From Nitrosopumilus zosterae (GTDB lineage Archaea; Thermoproteota; Nitrososphaeria; Nitrososphaerales; Nitrosopumilaceae), in assembly GCF_025998175.1 (NCBI RefSeq), contig NZ_AP026695.1:962760-994759 (forward strand): a stretch of DNA of 32,000 nt. The letters are read 5' to 3'. Under the pieces are notes generated by a model. It was not told where the DNA came from. It did not search any database and was given only the letters and a program-made list of their open reading frames with translations. Within the stretch, counting starts at the first letter, position 1. Every line of letters begins with the position of its first letter. Positions 7,109 to 16,579 of this stretch are shown piece by piece. The translations under genes were made by a program, and so were the position numbers.

Positions 7109-9266
7109 GAAGCACCAAATCCCTTAACGAATTTAACCAAGTTTTTTGTGCTTTATCAACTCTTAGATCAATGATAGAATTTGTTCCACTTACAAACTGA
7201 ATTTTGTCTCCTCCAAAGTACCCAATAATTCCGAAAGAGATTTTGTTCTTTTTTAATAGAATTTCTAGTTTTTTTAGATTTTTCTTTTCAAAAGTTAAGA
7301 GATATCTGGAATGGCTTTCAGAAAATAGAGTTCTGTCAACATCAAGTTTATCCCCTGGAATCTTTTCCAGAGATATTTTACAGCCAATCATGTTTTGCAT
7401 ACATAATTCTGACACAGCTACTGCAAGCCCCCCTTTGGAGCAGTCATGAGCAGACTTTAGGATTTGGGCACCTATTACATCCAATACTGCAGTCATGTTT
7501 TTCTTTGATTCTGAGAAATCCACCACAGGGCATTTTCCGCCAACAAATTTGTGGATGTATTCAAAATATTCAGAACCGCCCATTTCGTCTTTAGTGTCCC
7601 CAATTATTACAAGACAGTCATTTTCAGAAATTTTTTGAGGTGCCAGTGGTTTTTTGTCAATTAATCCTAAAACACCAATTACTGGAGTAGGCTTTATCGG
7701 TCCAGCAGGAGTTTCGTTGTAGAGGCTAACTTTTCCGCCAACGCAGGGAATTTCAAAATATTTAGCAAAATCAGTCAATCCTTTTAGAGATTCCAGAAAA
7801 GTCCAAAATATTTCAGGATCTTTTGGGTTTCCAAATTGAAGATGGTCAAGCATTCCAATTGGTTTTGCGCCAGTGCAAACAACATTTCTGCATGCCTCTT
7901 CAAAACAGCCTATTGCACCTTCTCTTGGGTTAATGTAACAATGTTTTGGATTTCCATCAATCTTTGCAGAAAGAAATTTTCCATTATCTAACCTTAAAAC
8001 AGATGCGTCACTGCCCGGTTTTACAACAGTTCTTATTCCAACTTCATGATCATATTGTCCATAAACCCAAATCTTACTTGCAATGTTAGGGGATGCAAGC
8101 AATTGCATCAGAGTTTTAGAATAATCAGATATTGATTTGAATTTCTTTTCAGTCTCAATTGTTTTAAGATATTCTGGGTATTTTGATGGCAAATCCAATA
8201 ATGTTGCATTTGCGACAACATCGGTGGGAAGATTTGCCAGTATCTTTGTACCTTTCTTCACACGCATTTGACTATCCGTTGTAACATGTCCAATTACGGA
8301 ACATTCAATGTGAAATTTTTTGCAAATAGATTCTAGTTTTTTTAATTTAATTTTATCAGTAACAATTAGCATTCGTTCTTGAGATTCAGAAACCATGATT
8401 TCATCTGGATGCATGTCAGATTCCCGGAGGTGGACTTTTCCAACATCCATCTCAATTCCAATATCTAGCGCATCGGCAGTTTCTGAAACTGCACAAGATA
8501 ACCCACCACCGCCAAGATCTTTCATGGCGTGAATTAATTTCTCATTTCTAGCCTCCAAAACTGCCTCAATGATCAACTTTTCAATGAAAGGATCTGGAAT
8601 TTGTACTGCGGAACGATCTTCAGATTCTAATGAATCAGAAGCAAATTGAGAGCCGCCTATTCCGTCTCTACCGGTAGAACCGCCCAACAAGACTACAAGA
8701 TCACCTTTTTTCGCATGATTTTTAATCAAATTCTCTTTTTTACCAAATCCAATCGCAGCAACATCAACTAGTGCATAATTTTGATAACATTCGTCAAATT
8801 CAACTTCACCGCCAATTGTTGGAATCCCCAAACAATTGCCATAAGCTGCAACACCACTAACGGCATTTTTGAAAAGCCATCTGGCCTGTTGATCTTTCTC
8901 AATATTTCCAAATCGCAATCCATCAAAAATTGCAATAGGTCTTGTTCCAGCAGACAAAATATCTCGTATTACTCCACCAACACCGGTTGCGGCTCCACCA
9001 AAAGGTTCAACAGCAGAAGGGTGATTATGACTTTCAATATGTGCAGTTACTACATAACCGCCGCCAACATCTAAAACACCGGAATCATATCCTTTTTCAT
9101 TAATTACTAATGGTCCAGCCATGGGCAACATTTTGAGATGCTTTTTTGATGATTTGTAAGAACAGTGCTCAGACCATTCTGCAGACACAATCTGAAGTTC
9201 TGTAGATGTAGGATTCCTGCCAATTTTAGATTTTAATTCAGATAGTTCATGGGATTCTAAACTCAA
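7101..9266 (-). CDS. purL: phosphoribosylformylglycinamidine synthase subunit PurL (FGAM synthase II)
   Basis: 721 aa with EHCSYK, ESHNHPS and GVGGVIRD motifs. The start overlaps the purQ stop by 4 nt and the stop overlaps the purF start by 8 nt. Confidence 0.95.
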   Translation of the reverse strand: MSLESHELSELKSKIGRNPTSTELQIVSAEWSEHCSYKSSKKHLKMLPMAGPLVINEKGYDSGVLDVGGGYVVTAHIESHNHPSAVEPFGGAATGVGGVIRDILSAGTRPIAIFDGLRFGNIEKDQQARWLFKNAVSGVAAYGNCLGIPTIGGEVEFDECYQNYALVDVAAIGFGKKENLIKNHAKKGDLVVLLGGSTGRDGIGGSQFASDSLESEDRSAVQIPDPFIEKLIIEAVLEARNEKLIHAMKDLGGGGLSCAVSETADALDIGIEMDVGKVHLRESDMHPDEIMVSESQERMLIVTDKIKLKKLESICKKFHIECSVIGHVTTDSQMRVKKGTKILANLPTDVVANATLLDLPSKYPEYLKTIETEKKFKSISDYSKTLMQLLASPNIASKIWVYGQYDHEVGIRTVVKPGSDASVLRLDNGKFLSAKIDGNPKHCYINPREGAIGCFEEACRNVVCTGAKPIGMLDHLQFGNPKDPEIFWTFLESLKGLTDFAKYFEIPCVGGKVSLYNETPAGPIKPTPVIGVLGLIDKKPLAPQKISENDCLVIIGDTKDEMGGSEYFEYIHKFVGGKCPVVDFSESKKNMTAVLDVIGAQILKSAHDCSKGGLAVAVSELCMQNMIGCKISLEKIPGDKLDVDRTLFSESHSRYLLTFEKKNLKKLEILLKKNKISFGIIGYFGGDKIQFVSGTNSIIDLRVDKAQKTWLNSLRDLVLHG

Positions 9267-9943
9267 TTATTAACACCCATCTTTACCAATAATGATTCAA
9301 AAATTAATGAAGACGGTTTGTTATCAATTGGATTAATTTCTGGCTCAACAGCTCTTTCTGGATGAGGCATCATCCCAACAACATTTTCGTCTTCATTGCA
9401 CACTCCTGCAATTCTATCTGTAGAGCCATTTACAACATCACTATATCTAAATACAATTTGATTTTTTTTCTTTAATTGTTTTAGTACATCGTCGTCTGCA
9501 TAATACCGTCCTTCGCCATTTGCTATTGGAATTGGAATTTTTTGATGGAGTTTAAACTGATTCGTAAATGGAGTGGTATTGTTTTCTACGATAAGACTTG
9601 TCCATTCACACATAAAATTAAGAGATTTATTTTTCAGTAAAACTCCTGGCAACAATCCAGATTCCACTAAAATTTGAAATCCATTACAGACGCCTAATAT
9701 CGGGATCCCTTTCTCAGCCAATTTTTTGACATCTTTTATAATTGGACTATGAGCAGCGATTACTCCTGCACGAAGTCGATCACCATAAGAAAATCCCCCT
9801 GGAAGAATTACTGCATCAATATTTTTGGGAAGGGGTTTTTCATGCCAAAAGTATTGAGCATCAAGATTAAAGACATCTGTTAGGACATGATACATATCAC
9901 GATCACAGTTACTACCTGGAAAAACTACAACCCCAACTTTCAC
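9263..9943 (-). CDS. purQ: phosphoribosylformylglycinamidine synthase glutaminase subunit PurQ (FGAM synthase I)
   Basis: Class-I glutamine amidotransferase features: FPGSNCDRD, GVCNGFQ (catalytic Cys), MMPHPER. Confidence 0.95.
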   Translation of the reverse strand: MKVGVVVFPGSNCDRDMYHVLTDVFNLDAQYFWHEKPLPKNIDAVILPGGFSYGDRLRAGVIAAHSPIIKDVKKLAEKGIPILGVCNGFQILVESGLLPGVLLKNKSLNFMCEWTSLIVENNTTPFTNQFKLHQKIPIPIANGEGRYYADDDVLKQLKKKNQIVFRYSDVVNGSTDRIAGVCNEDENVVGMMPHPERAVEPEINPIDNKPSSLIFESLLVKMGVNN

Positions 9944-10079
9944 ATTTGTTTTTAGATTCAGAGATATTTAATTTGAATCGAGTCTGAGAAAAGTTTTATG
10001 CGAATGAAATCCCTGATCGCTATCAGTCAAATCAAAGATAACATGCAAAAAATGCAATAATCACATAATTTTGAAAATA

Positions 10080-10340
10080 TCAGGCTTCAAAGACATCTAT
10101 TGTCACTTTACTCACCATAGGATTGTAAATTCGTAATTCATCACAAATTTCTTGTACTTTCGATTGGGCAGATTTCTTATCTTTTTCTTTAATGGTGAAC
10201 TTTAACATTTTTGCAGTTTTGATTTTTGAAACTGATTTGTGAGTTCCTTTTAGCACCAGATCATTTAGAATGGTATCGCCTTCAGGATCACTCATGCCAG
10301 GTTTATTTTCAATGGTTACGTGAACATCAAAAATAGGCAT
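10080..10340 (-). CDS. purS: phosphoribosylformylglycinamidine synthase subunit PurS
   Basis: 86 aa with VHVTIENKPGMSDPEGDTI...VSKIKTAKMLKF, typical of PurS, located next to purQ. Confidence 0.9.
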   Translation of the reverse strand: MPIFDVHVTIENKPGMSDPEGDTILNDLVLKGTHKSVSKIKTAKMLKFTIKEKDKKSAQSKVQEICDELRIYNPMVSKVTIDVFEA

Positions 10341-10842
10341 TAATTTAAAAATCGAAAATGAGGTTAATCTATCTTCCGAAAAAATTTGTGTTTTTATACT
10401 TATTTTGTGATATTAGCCAGGTATCCGATTCTGAGGACTTGTATTGTTGCAGATATGACCAGCCCAGGATCGGTTACTTTAGATTTTTTAATGTACGTCC
10501 CATTCAAAAGAATCTCTGGAAAACAAGTCATTAATTACAATTAACCCTCTTTCCATCTTGTCTTTACTGGGATTACATCAAGTATCTTTTGCAAAAATTC
10601 CATTTTCATCCAAAATGATGCAGAGATAACCATGAAAGAAACAGGATTCTATTTGCCGTTGCATAAACACATACAAAAACTAAGATTATTGGATTTGCCC
10701 AAGAAAGGATTTTCCATAGTATGATTTCTTTTTAATGTTTGAAAATAGATCAAACATTCACAATTCAATTATTCAGATATGGTTCTGATCACTTATAAAA
10801 AAAGTCATTTTTTGCACACATTGCATATATTGGAATTTATAG

Positions 10843-11334
10843 ATGATGATTTTAGAGAATCACATAATGGCAAAAGGAAGAATGAGATATTGGAAGATTA
10901 CTCCTGAGGAATTAGGAGGATATGCTTATGATGAAAATAACTTGCTTAATTGGGAAATAAAATGCGTTAGAGAACCTGATGACGAGGCCAAATTCATAGG
11001 TGTTTTCATGTACAGACATGGTACTGCATATGATTACGAATCAGTAAGAGGGATTTGTTACTATCACAACAATATTGACAGAAAAGAGATTCCATCAATC
11101 ACTAATTTCCTTCAAGGAAAATTTAACGGTAAAGAAATGGAAAAAGGAGACAGAATATTCCTCAAAGATTCAAAAGAAATCTTCTCGGCTAAAGACATTT
11201 CAGAATTGGCAAAGGAGATGGAATCGAAGTTTAATACAAAGGCAATAATTTCTTTAGAATTTGAAGGAATTACTGCTGAAAAACTAAAAGAAGCTGGCCT
11301 CCCAGAAGCAAAATTGTTACCAATCCCCACTTGA
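10843..11334 (+). CDS. hypothetical protein (163 aa; true start possibly the ATG giving MAKGRMRYW)
   Basis: Clean ORF 30 nt upstream of tatC on the same strand. No motif recognised. Confidence 0.5.
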   Translation: MMILENHIMAKGRMRYWKITPEELGGYAYDENNLLNWEIKCVREPDDEAKFIGVFMYRHGTAYDYESVRGICYYHNNIDRKEIPSITNFLQGKFNGKEMEKGDRIFLKDSKEIFSAKDISELAKEMESKFNTKAIISLEFEGITAEKLKEAGLPEAKLLPIPT

Positions 11335-11364
11335 TTGATATAGTTTAAAACACAAAGATATCCG

Positions 11365-12156
11365 ATGTCGGAATTGGATGGAATTAATCAGCACTTAGAA
11401 GAGTTAAGAAAAAGACTTCTCAGGATTGTTCTAGTAATAGGAATCATTACTGCATTCATCTTAACTTTTCATGCAGAACCAATTCAGATATCTGGAATTA
11501 CAATGTACTATCCTTCTCCAGATCCGCTAAACAACATTGCAGCACAAATCACCAACCATATGAAAACAAATCTCGTTCCAGAAGACGTTAGACTAATTCA
11601 AACTGCACCTGGACAGGCTTTCTTTGCTCAAGTGTACATTGCGGCACTAGCAGGAATAGTTGTAGGGATGCCAGTGATTGTGAAAGAGTTAGTAGGTTTT
11701 ATCAAACCAGCATTAAAAGAAAATGAGATTCATGTAAGCAGAAACATCACCATTCCAGCATTAGGCCTATTCATTACAGGTTGTGTGTTTTCTTACAATT
11801 TGGTCATCCCATACATCTTAGATTTTTTATATCGATATGGAGAATCTGCAGGACTTGTAACTTTTCTTAATGTTATAGAATTCGTTACATTTGTTTTACA
11901 GTTTTTACTTGCGTTTGGATTTTCTTTTCAGTTACCACTAGTAATGTATGCAATTTCAGTATCAGGTATGGTAGATTCAGATTTTTGGAGAAAGAATATC
12001 AGATATGCAATTGTGATCATAACGATATTTGGTGCAGTCATCACTCCTGATGGAAGTGGGGTAACAATGTGGTTCATTGCAGGTCCAATGATTGCGCTTT
12101 ATCTAATAGGCATGATAGTAATTGAGCGCAAAGAACGCAAAAAGTTGAACACTTAA
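11365..12156 (+). CDS. tatC: twin-arginine translocase subunit TatC
   Basis: HLEELRKRLLR N-terminus, six predicted TM helices, and size and order typical of TatC. Confidence 0.9.
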   Translation: MSELDGINQHLEELRKRLLRIVLVIGIITAFILTFHAEPIQISGITMYYPSPDPLNNIAAQITNHMKTNLVPEDVRLIQTAPGQAFFAQVYIAALAGIVVGMPVIVKELVGFIKPALKENEIHVSRNITIPALGLFITGCVFSYNLVIPYILDFLYRYGESAGLVTFLNVIEFVTFVLQFLLAFGFSFQLPLVMYAISVSGMVDSDFWRKNIRYAIVIITIFGAVITPDGSGVTMWFIAGPMIALYLIGMIVIERKERKKLNT

Positions 12157-12183
12157 ATCCAAATTTGATCAAATAGCAATAAC

Positions 12184-12390
12184 ATGTTAGGAATGGGATT
12201 AGCCAATTTCATAGCTGGACAGGAATGGATCTTTATCATCATTATTGCAGTGGTATTCATTTTCGGTGCAAAGAAAATCCCAGAACTTGCAAAAACCTTC
12301 GGTAAAGCTAAAGGGGAGTTTGAGAAAGGGAAAATCGAAGGAGAAAAAGAACTCAAAGACTTTAAAGATAAAGAAACAAAATCAGACTAG
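12184..12390 (+). CDS. tatA: twin-arginine translocase subunit TatA/E
   Basis: Single TM helix followed by FGAKKIPELAKTFGKAKGEFEKG (TatA hinge and amphipathic helix), immediately downstream of tatC. Confidence 0.85.
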   Translation: MLGMGLANFIAGQEWIFIIIIAVVFIFGAKKIPELAKTFGKAKGEFEKGKIEGEKELKDFKDKETKSD

Positions 12391-12815
12391 GTTTCAGCAG
12401 TTCTTAGAAAATCGTCAATAATTTTAGAATAACTACTTTCGTATTTTTTGTTTCCAAAAAGTTGGCCAATCTTCATTTTGCCTTTTAATTTCAAATTTAC
12501 ATTGATGAATATTTTAGTTCCTTCCTCATGTTCAATAAATTGTTGTTTTATGTGACTGCCCTTAGCATCACCACCTATTACAAAAATCTCATGTAAGGCA
12601 GGTTCTTGAGAAACATGTTTTGACATTATCACCATTTCTTCTCCTCCAAGATTCAAATGCTCCTCAACTACTGCAACATTCCCACGAATTGAGCGAACCC
12701 TAATTGAAGGAAAATGTTGAGGCATTAATTTTTGATAATTTTCATAATTAGATAAAATCTCAAAGACAACTTCGCGTTTTGCATTGACAATTCTTTCTAA
12801 AGTAAACTCTGACAA
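12387..12815 (-). CDS. SRPBCC (START/polyketide cyclase-like) family protein
   Basis: 142 aa. The N-terminus ERIVNAKREVVFEILSNYENYQKLMP and overall pattern resemble Polyketide_cyc2/SRPBCC. Confidence 0.7.
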   Translation of the reverse strand: MSEFTLERIVNAKREVVFEILSNYENYQKLMPQHFPSIRVRSIRGNVAVVEEHLNLGGEEMVIMSKHVSQEPALHEIFVIGGDAKGSHIKQQFIEHEEGTKIFINVNLKLKGKMKIGQLFGNKKYESSYSKIIDDFLRTAET

Positions 12816-12822
12816 ATGTAAT

Positions 12823-13395
12823 TTAAAAAGTTCCCCAACGAGGGTATAAATCGTGCTCTACATCAAATTGGTCCAGACATTTTCCCACGCCATGATTTAC
12901 AATATCGTCAATGGATTTGGGTTTTGTATAAAATTCTGTTACGGGGGGCAATATTACAACTCCTATTCTAGAAAGCTTTAACATATTTTCCAAATGGATT
13001 GCAGACAATGGAGTCTCTCTCACCATTAAAATTAATTTTCGGGATTCTTTTATTGTCACACCAGCAGCTCGTGCAATTAATGTATCGTCATACCCATTTG
13101 CAATAGCTGCCAAAGTCTTCATACTACATGGTGCGACAATCATACCATCAATTCTATGTGTTCCACTTGAAACACTTGATGCCATATTTTTTTCATCCGA
13201 AATGCTTGTTGCCAACGATGTTACATATTCAAGTGAATAATCAGTTTCCATCGAAATGCATTTCTGAGCCCATTCAGACATAATCAGATGTGTTTCAATG
13301 TTTAATTTCTTGAGAGTTTCCAGCATTCGTATACCATAGATTACACCAGTACTGCCAGTGATTCCTATAACTAATTTCAACAAGATATCTATCAA
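12823..13395 (-). CDS. ubiX: flavin prenyltransferase UbiX
   Basis: Shows GITGSTGVIYG, MIVAPCSMKTLAAIANG and RETPL motifs characteristic of UbiX/Pad1. Confidence 0.9.
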   Translation of the reverse strand: MIDILLKLVIGITGSTGVIYGIRMLETLKKLNIETHLIMSEWAQKCISMETDYSLEYVTSLATSISDEKNMASSVSSGTHRIDGMIVAPCSMKTLAAIANGYDDTLIARAAGVTIKESRKLILMVRETPLSAIHLENMLKLSRIGVVILPPVTEFYTKPKSIDDIVNHGVGKCLDQFDVEHDLYPRWGTF

Positions 13396-13435
13396 AGTAC
13401 AGTATTTTATGTATTAGATAGTAAAGTGTTCAGCA

Positions 13436-13582
13436 CTAGAAATTTTGAGTGTTATCGGCTTCTGTAGAGTCTTGCAGTTCTTTGTTGAGTTTTCTTCGTT
13501 TAAGCCACAACGAAATTCCACCTACGGCCATTGCAGTAAGCAAAATCACCCCTGCCATTTGGAGTTCAAATTGGTATAGCAT
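13436..13582 (-). CDS. possible 48-aa single-TM micro-protein (MLYQFELQMAGVILLTAMAVGGISLWLKRRKL...)
   Basis: Hand-translated from the minus strand. A TM helix followed by a basic stretch looks more protein-like than the overlapping plus-strand track ORF 13449..13643. No homology evidence. Confidence 0.25.
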   Translation of the reverse strand: MLYQFELQMAGVILLTAMAVGGISLWLKRRKLNKELQDSTEADNTQNF

Positions 13583-13673
13583 ATCTAAAACAAACAATAA
13601 GTTTGGGAAAAATCTTGTGATCTCATTCGATCTTGAAAATTAGCTATATTACCTCCTCTCTTATAGGCATAGT

Positions 13674-14765
13674 GTGATTAAGAGTTCTGAAATAAAAAAG
13701 ATAGTAAACGAATATTCAGACATCAAAATAGGAGTACTAGGAAGTCATTCAGCATTAGAAGTAATGGACGGGGCAAAAGACGAAAATTTCCAGACCACAG
13801 TTTTCTGCCAGAAAGGCAGGGAGGAACCCTATCAAAGATTTAGAAGAATTGCAGACGAGATAATTATTTTAGATAAATTCAAGGATATGGCTTCTGCGAA
13901 ATATCAAAAAATGTTAAGGGATTCAAATACAATTATTGTTCCGCATAGATCACTTACCGTTTATCTTGGATACAAGACAATTGAAAATTCATTCAAAGTT
14001 CCAATTTTTGGAAATAGAAAATTATTCCAAGCAGAAGAGAGAACAGCAAAAAAGGGCCAATATTACTTGTTAGAAAAAGCCAGAATAAAATATCCCAAAT
14101 TATTCAAAGATCCTAAAAAAATTAACAAACCATGTATCGTAAAAGTTCAGGAAAAAAATAGACCTCTAGAAAGAGCATTCTTTACAGTTTCATCATACAA
14201 AGATTTTGTTGAAAAATCAGAAGCAAAAATCAAGCAAGGGGTAATCTCAAGAAAAGATCTAGCAAAATCAAGTATTGAGGAATTAGCAATTGGCACATAC
14301 ATGAATTTCAATTTCTTTCACACACCAATATCAAATCAAGTTGATTTTATCGGAATTGAGCGAAGATTACAAACCAACATTCATGATTACAATGCCCTCC
14401 CTGCAAAACAACAATTAGATATCAATGTGGATTTGCAAAATATTGAAGTAGGACACACCCCTGCCAGCATTAGAGAATCATTACTAGAAAAAGTCATTAA
14501 AATGGGAGACAAATTTGTAGCAGCAGTCAAAAGAGAATATGCGCCAGGAATCATCGGTCCGTTTTCACTTCAAAGTGTAATTACAAAAGATTTAGAATTA
14601 ATTGTGTACGATGTGTCTTTGCGAGTTCCTGGAAATCCAATAGTTGCAACTACTACCCCATATACAAAATACCAATATGGACAAACATTTGGGGTCGGTA
14701 GAAGAATTGCTATGGAAATAAAGCGAGCTCAAGAAGAGGGACGTCTTGACGAGATTGTCACATAA
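13674..14765 (+). CDS. purP: 5-formaminoimidazole-4-carboxamide ribonucleotide (FAICAR) synthetase PurP
   Basis: The sequence IGVLGSHSALEVMDGAKDE...CQKGRE..YQRF plus a C-terminal ATP-grasp region typical of archaeal PurP. GTG start. Confidence 0.85.
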   Translation: MIKSSEIKKIVNEYSDIKIGVLGSHSALEVMDGAKDENFQTTVFCQKGREEPYQRFRRIADEIIILDKFKDMASAKYQKMLRDSNTIIVPHRSLTVYLGYKTIENSFKVPIFGNRKLFQAEERTAKKGQYYLLEKARIKYPKLFKDPKKINKPCIVKVQEKNRPLERAFFTVSSYKDFVEKSEAKIKQGVISRKDLAKSSIEELAIGTYMNFNFFHTPISNQVDFIGIERRLQTNIHDYNALPAKQQLDINVDLQNIEVGHTPASIRESLLEKVIKMGDKFVAAVKREYAPGIIGPFSLQSVITKDLELIVYDVSLRVPGNPIVATTTPYTKYQYGQTFGVGRRIAMEIKRAQEEGRLDEIVT

Positions 14766-14860
14766 GTCCAATTCCGACATTTCCAGTTGAAAATATTTTT
14801 GATGTTCTGCAAAGATTTTTTGTGAAATTGAAGAGCGTGTCTGAATAAAAGAAAAATTAA

Positions 14861-14970
14861 AGGCGCAAACCCCTAACTGCAGAACTCTGAGAGATTCCCT
14901 CTCGTGGTCAAACGTCTAAACGTCTGATTGCCTTTTTTGTTCTGCGGGGCAGCGCAATCTAATCGCCAGA
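14861..14970. ncRNA. candidate structured non-coding RNA (class unknown)
   Basis: About half G+C by hand count, against much more AT-rich flanks. Long-range pairing: CCCC(14870-73)/GGGG(14946-49) and GCAGAAC(14879-85)/GTTCTGC(14939-45), enclosing two local hairpins. On the minus strand it is preceded by TTATAAAA and followed by a T-rich tract. The strand is not resolved. Confidence 0.3.
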
Positions 14971-15288
14971 TTTTATAACTAACGACATCAATTAGTATAA
15001 GACATATAACTATTTAACATTTAGTATGATTTTTTTGAATAAAATTAATGAAATATTGTAAATATTATCTAAGCATAAAAATCATAGTTTGCTGAATTTG
15101 CATGAGTAAATTTATTCACATACAAAAAAGAAGAAAGAGAATTCAAAAAAATCACATTATTTGATTGATTCAGGGCAACAGAGGATTTTTAAAAAATGCC
15201 TAAAAAATTACAAAAACATATTTTCAGTGAACACCATGCATTTTTGTTAATTGGTTAGATTGGAAATATGTTGAATACCATTCGTTCT

Positions 15289-15325
15289 AATTTTGAATGA
15301 TTAAAGCGGTTTGACATTCAAAATT
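15289..15325. promoter_or_regulatory. perfect 11-bp inverted repeat AATTTTGAATG-N15-CATTCAAAATT upstream of the 15387 gene
   Basis: Read directly. It lies about 60 nt upstream of the ATG at 15387. Confidence 0.3.
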
Positions 15326-15386
15326 GAATTGCTGAGGCCAATTAACAATACAAACTCTTTTGTTTCCATTTATTGATTAAACAACA

Positions 15387-15647
15387 ATGGGGAAAACAAT
15401 TTTCATTAAAGAAATAATCCTAATTCTAAAAGAGCCAAGATTATGTCCAACTTGTGAAAAAGAAGACAAGTTGGAAAAAGATGTTGTGAGAGAAGAGAGA
15501 ACCAATGGCAAAACCATCTTATGCTCCAGATGTGAGGCGCTAATAGTAATAACTAATCAGCATCCAAGAAAAGTAGAACTATCATCAACCAGGGACGACA
15601 TCATAATGCTAAAAGAACCCCATTTAATTAGAAAAGTAAGCTACTAA
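15387..15647 (+). CDS. small zinc-ribbon protein
   Basis: CPTC...(21 aa)...CSRC four-Cys pattern, flanked by the repeated LKEPRL / LKEPHL motif. Confidence 0.5.
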   Translation: MGKTIFIKEIILILKEPRLCPTCEKEDKLEKDVVREERTNGKTILCSRCEALIVITNQHPRKVELSSTRDDIIMLKEPHLIRKVSY

Positions 15648-15892
15648 GTTTTTGATTTTCCAAGCAATTCTTGGATTACATAATTTCGAACATTTGCGAA
15701 TTCCCACTCTTTTAGATCAGCATTTCTGCATTCTTCCTTGATGATTAATCCTGCCAGACCATGACTCCAGATATGACGCTTGACATCATAAACTTGAATG
15801 ATTTTTCCATGTTTAGTGATTTTGATTGCCCCATGGCATCTTTGAACCACTTGTAATGCTACTCTTTGATAGATTTTTTCAAAATTTACCAT
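15644..15892 (-). CDS. hypothetical protein (82 aa)
   Basis: Clean ORF, convergent with the previous gene with a 4-nt overlap. No motif recognised. Confidence 0.4.
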   Translation of the reverse strand: MVNFEKIYQRVALQVVQRCHGAIKITKHGKIIQVYDVKRHIWSHGLAGLIIKEECRNADLKEWEFANVRNYVIQELLGKSKT

Positions 15893-16100
15893 AACATTAC
15901 ATCATTGAATCACATCAAAAAGGTTATGATTTTTTAGATGGGATAATAATATACCATAGAAATTACAAGAAAGAATGCTGATGATTAACCAACAAACTAA
16001 GCTATAACTGATAGATGATGAGTTTGCCGAATTATGAAGCAATTTAAAAAAATATCAGGATTTCATAACCAGTATTAAGAGGAGATCCTTATCTTAGGCA

Positions 16101-16304
16101 ATGGGCAAACTTCCAGAAAAATTTCCAGAATACTCCATAATGTATAAGACATTATCAAAGCAAATCAAAGCATTAGAAAATATCAAAGAAAAGGCCCAAG
16201 AAAAAGAGGCAAAGGAAATCAATTTAAAAATTCAAAATTATCAATCAGAATTATTGAAAATAAAGAAAATGTTTCCAGATGATTTTTTTGATGAAGAAAA
16301 TTAA
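16101..16304 (+). CDS. small coiled-coil protein, paralogue of 21493..21732
   Basis: Shares Y(K/R)(T/S)L(S/T)K...about 40 aa of K/E-rich helix...(K/R)I(K/R)xMFP followed by an acidic tail with the 79-aa ORF at 21493. Confidence 0.5.
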   Translation: MGKLPEKFPEYSIMYKTLSKQIKALENIKEKAQEKEAKEINLKIQNYQSELLKIKKMFPDDFFDEEN

Positions 16305-16307
16305 TCA

Positions 16308-16523
16308 TTAATGAGAATGATCATGATCGCAATCACATTGATGATGATCACCTTTTGCAGACATTAATTTCTGCACCATTTCATCACGAATTTTAAGTAA
16401 ATCACCAACCTGATGTTTTAATGATTGAGAATCCCAATTTCCTTGATGAAGTTCCCTGACAACATCTATGATCTCAAGATCAACATTTAGCAAATTATCC
16501 ATCAACTGCTCTTGTTCATTCAT
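16308..16523 (-). CDS. small protein with a His/Cys/Asp-rich C-terminal tail (GDHHQCDCDHDHSH)
   Basis: The tail composition suggests metal binding. It lies 56 nt downstream of the BFN gene on the same strand. Confidence 0.5.
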   Translation of the reverse strand: MNEQEQLMDNLLNVDLEIIDVVRELHQGNWDSQSLKHQVGDLLKIRDEMVQKLMSAKGDHHQCDCDHDHSH

Positions 16524-16579
16524 AAAATTCTATAATTCCGCTACGAGAAAAACCATTCTAATTTAAAAAAATACAGGAT

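Noticed and set aside
6148-9074. Track ORFs inside or antisense to purF and purL (6148..6333, 6463..6645, 6779..7030, 7204..7449, 8781..9074)
   Set aside because: They are embedded in strongly supported long CDSs and no motifs are recognisable. These are typical shadow frames.
10575-10580. In-frame TGA in the minus-strand remnant ORF as selenocysteine or read-through
   Set aside because: No SECIS-like context could be identified and no selenoprotein-like motif is present. Decay of a former gene, or chance, is the simpler explanation.
12153-12356. 67-aa ORF antisense to tatA
   Set aside because: It overlaps the well-supported tatA gene completely and has shadow-frame composition.
13449-13643. 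64-aa plus-strand track ORF between ubiX and purP
   Set aside because: The sequence is Ser/Leu-rich and not protein-like, with no promoter context. The opposite strand encodes a more plausible 48-aa TM micro-protein. Neither is well supported.
14861-14970. tRNA or C/D-box sRNA identity for the G+C-rich island
   Set aside because: I could not build a cloverleaf: there is no 7-bp acceptor stem with correct spacing and no GTTCRANYC T-loop. There is no RUGAUGA C box on either strand, although CUGA occurs. It is kept only as an unclassified ncRNA candidate.
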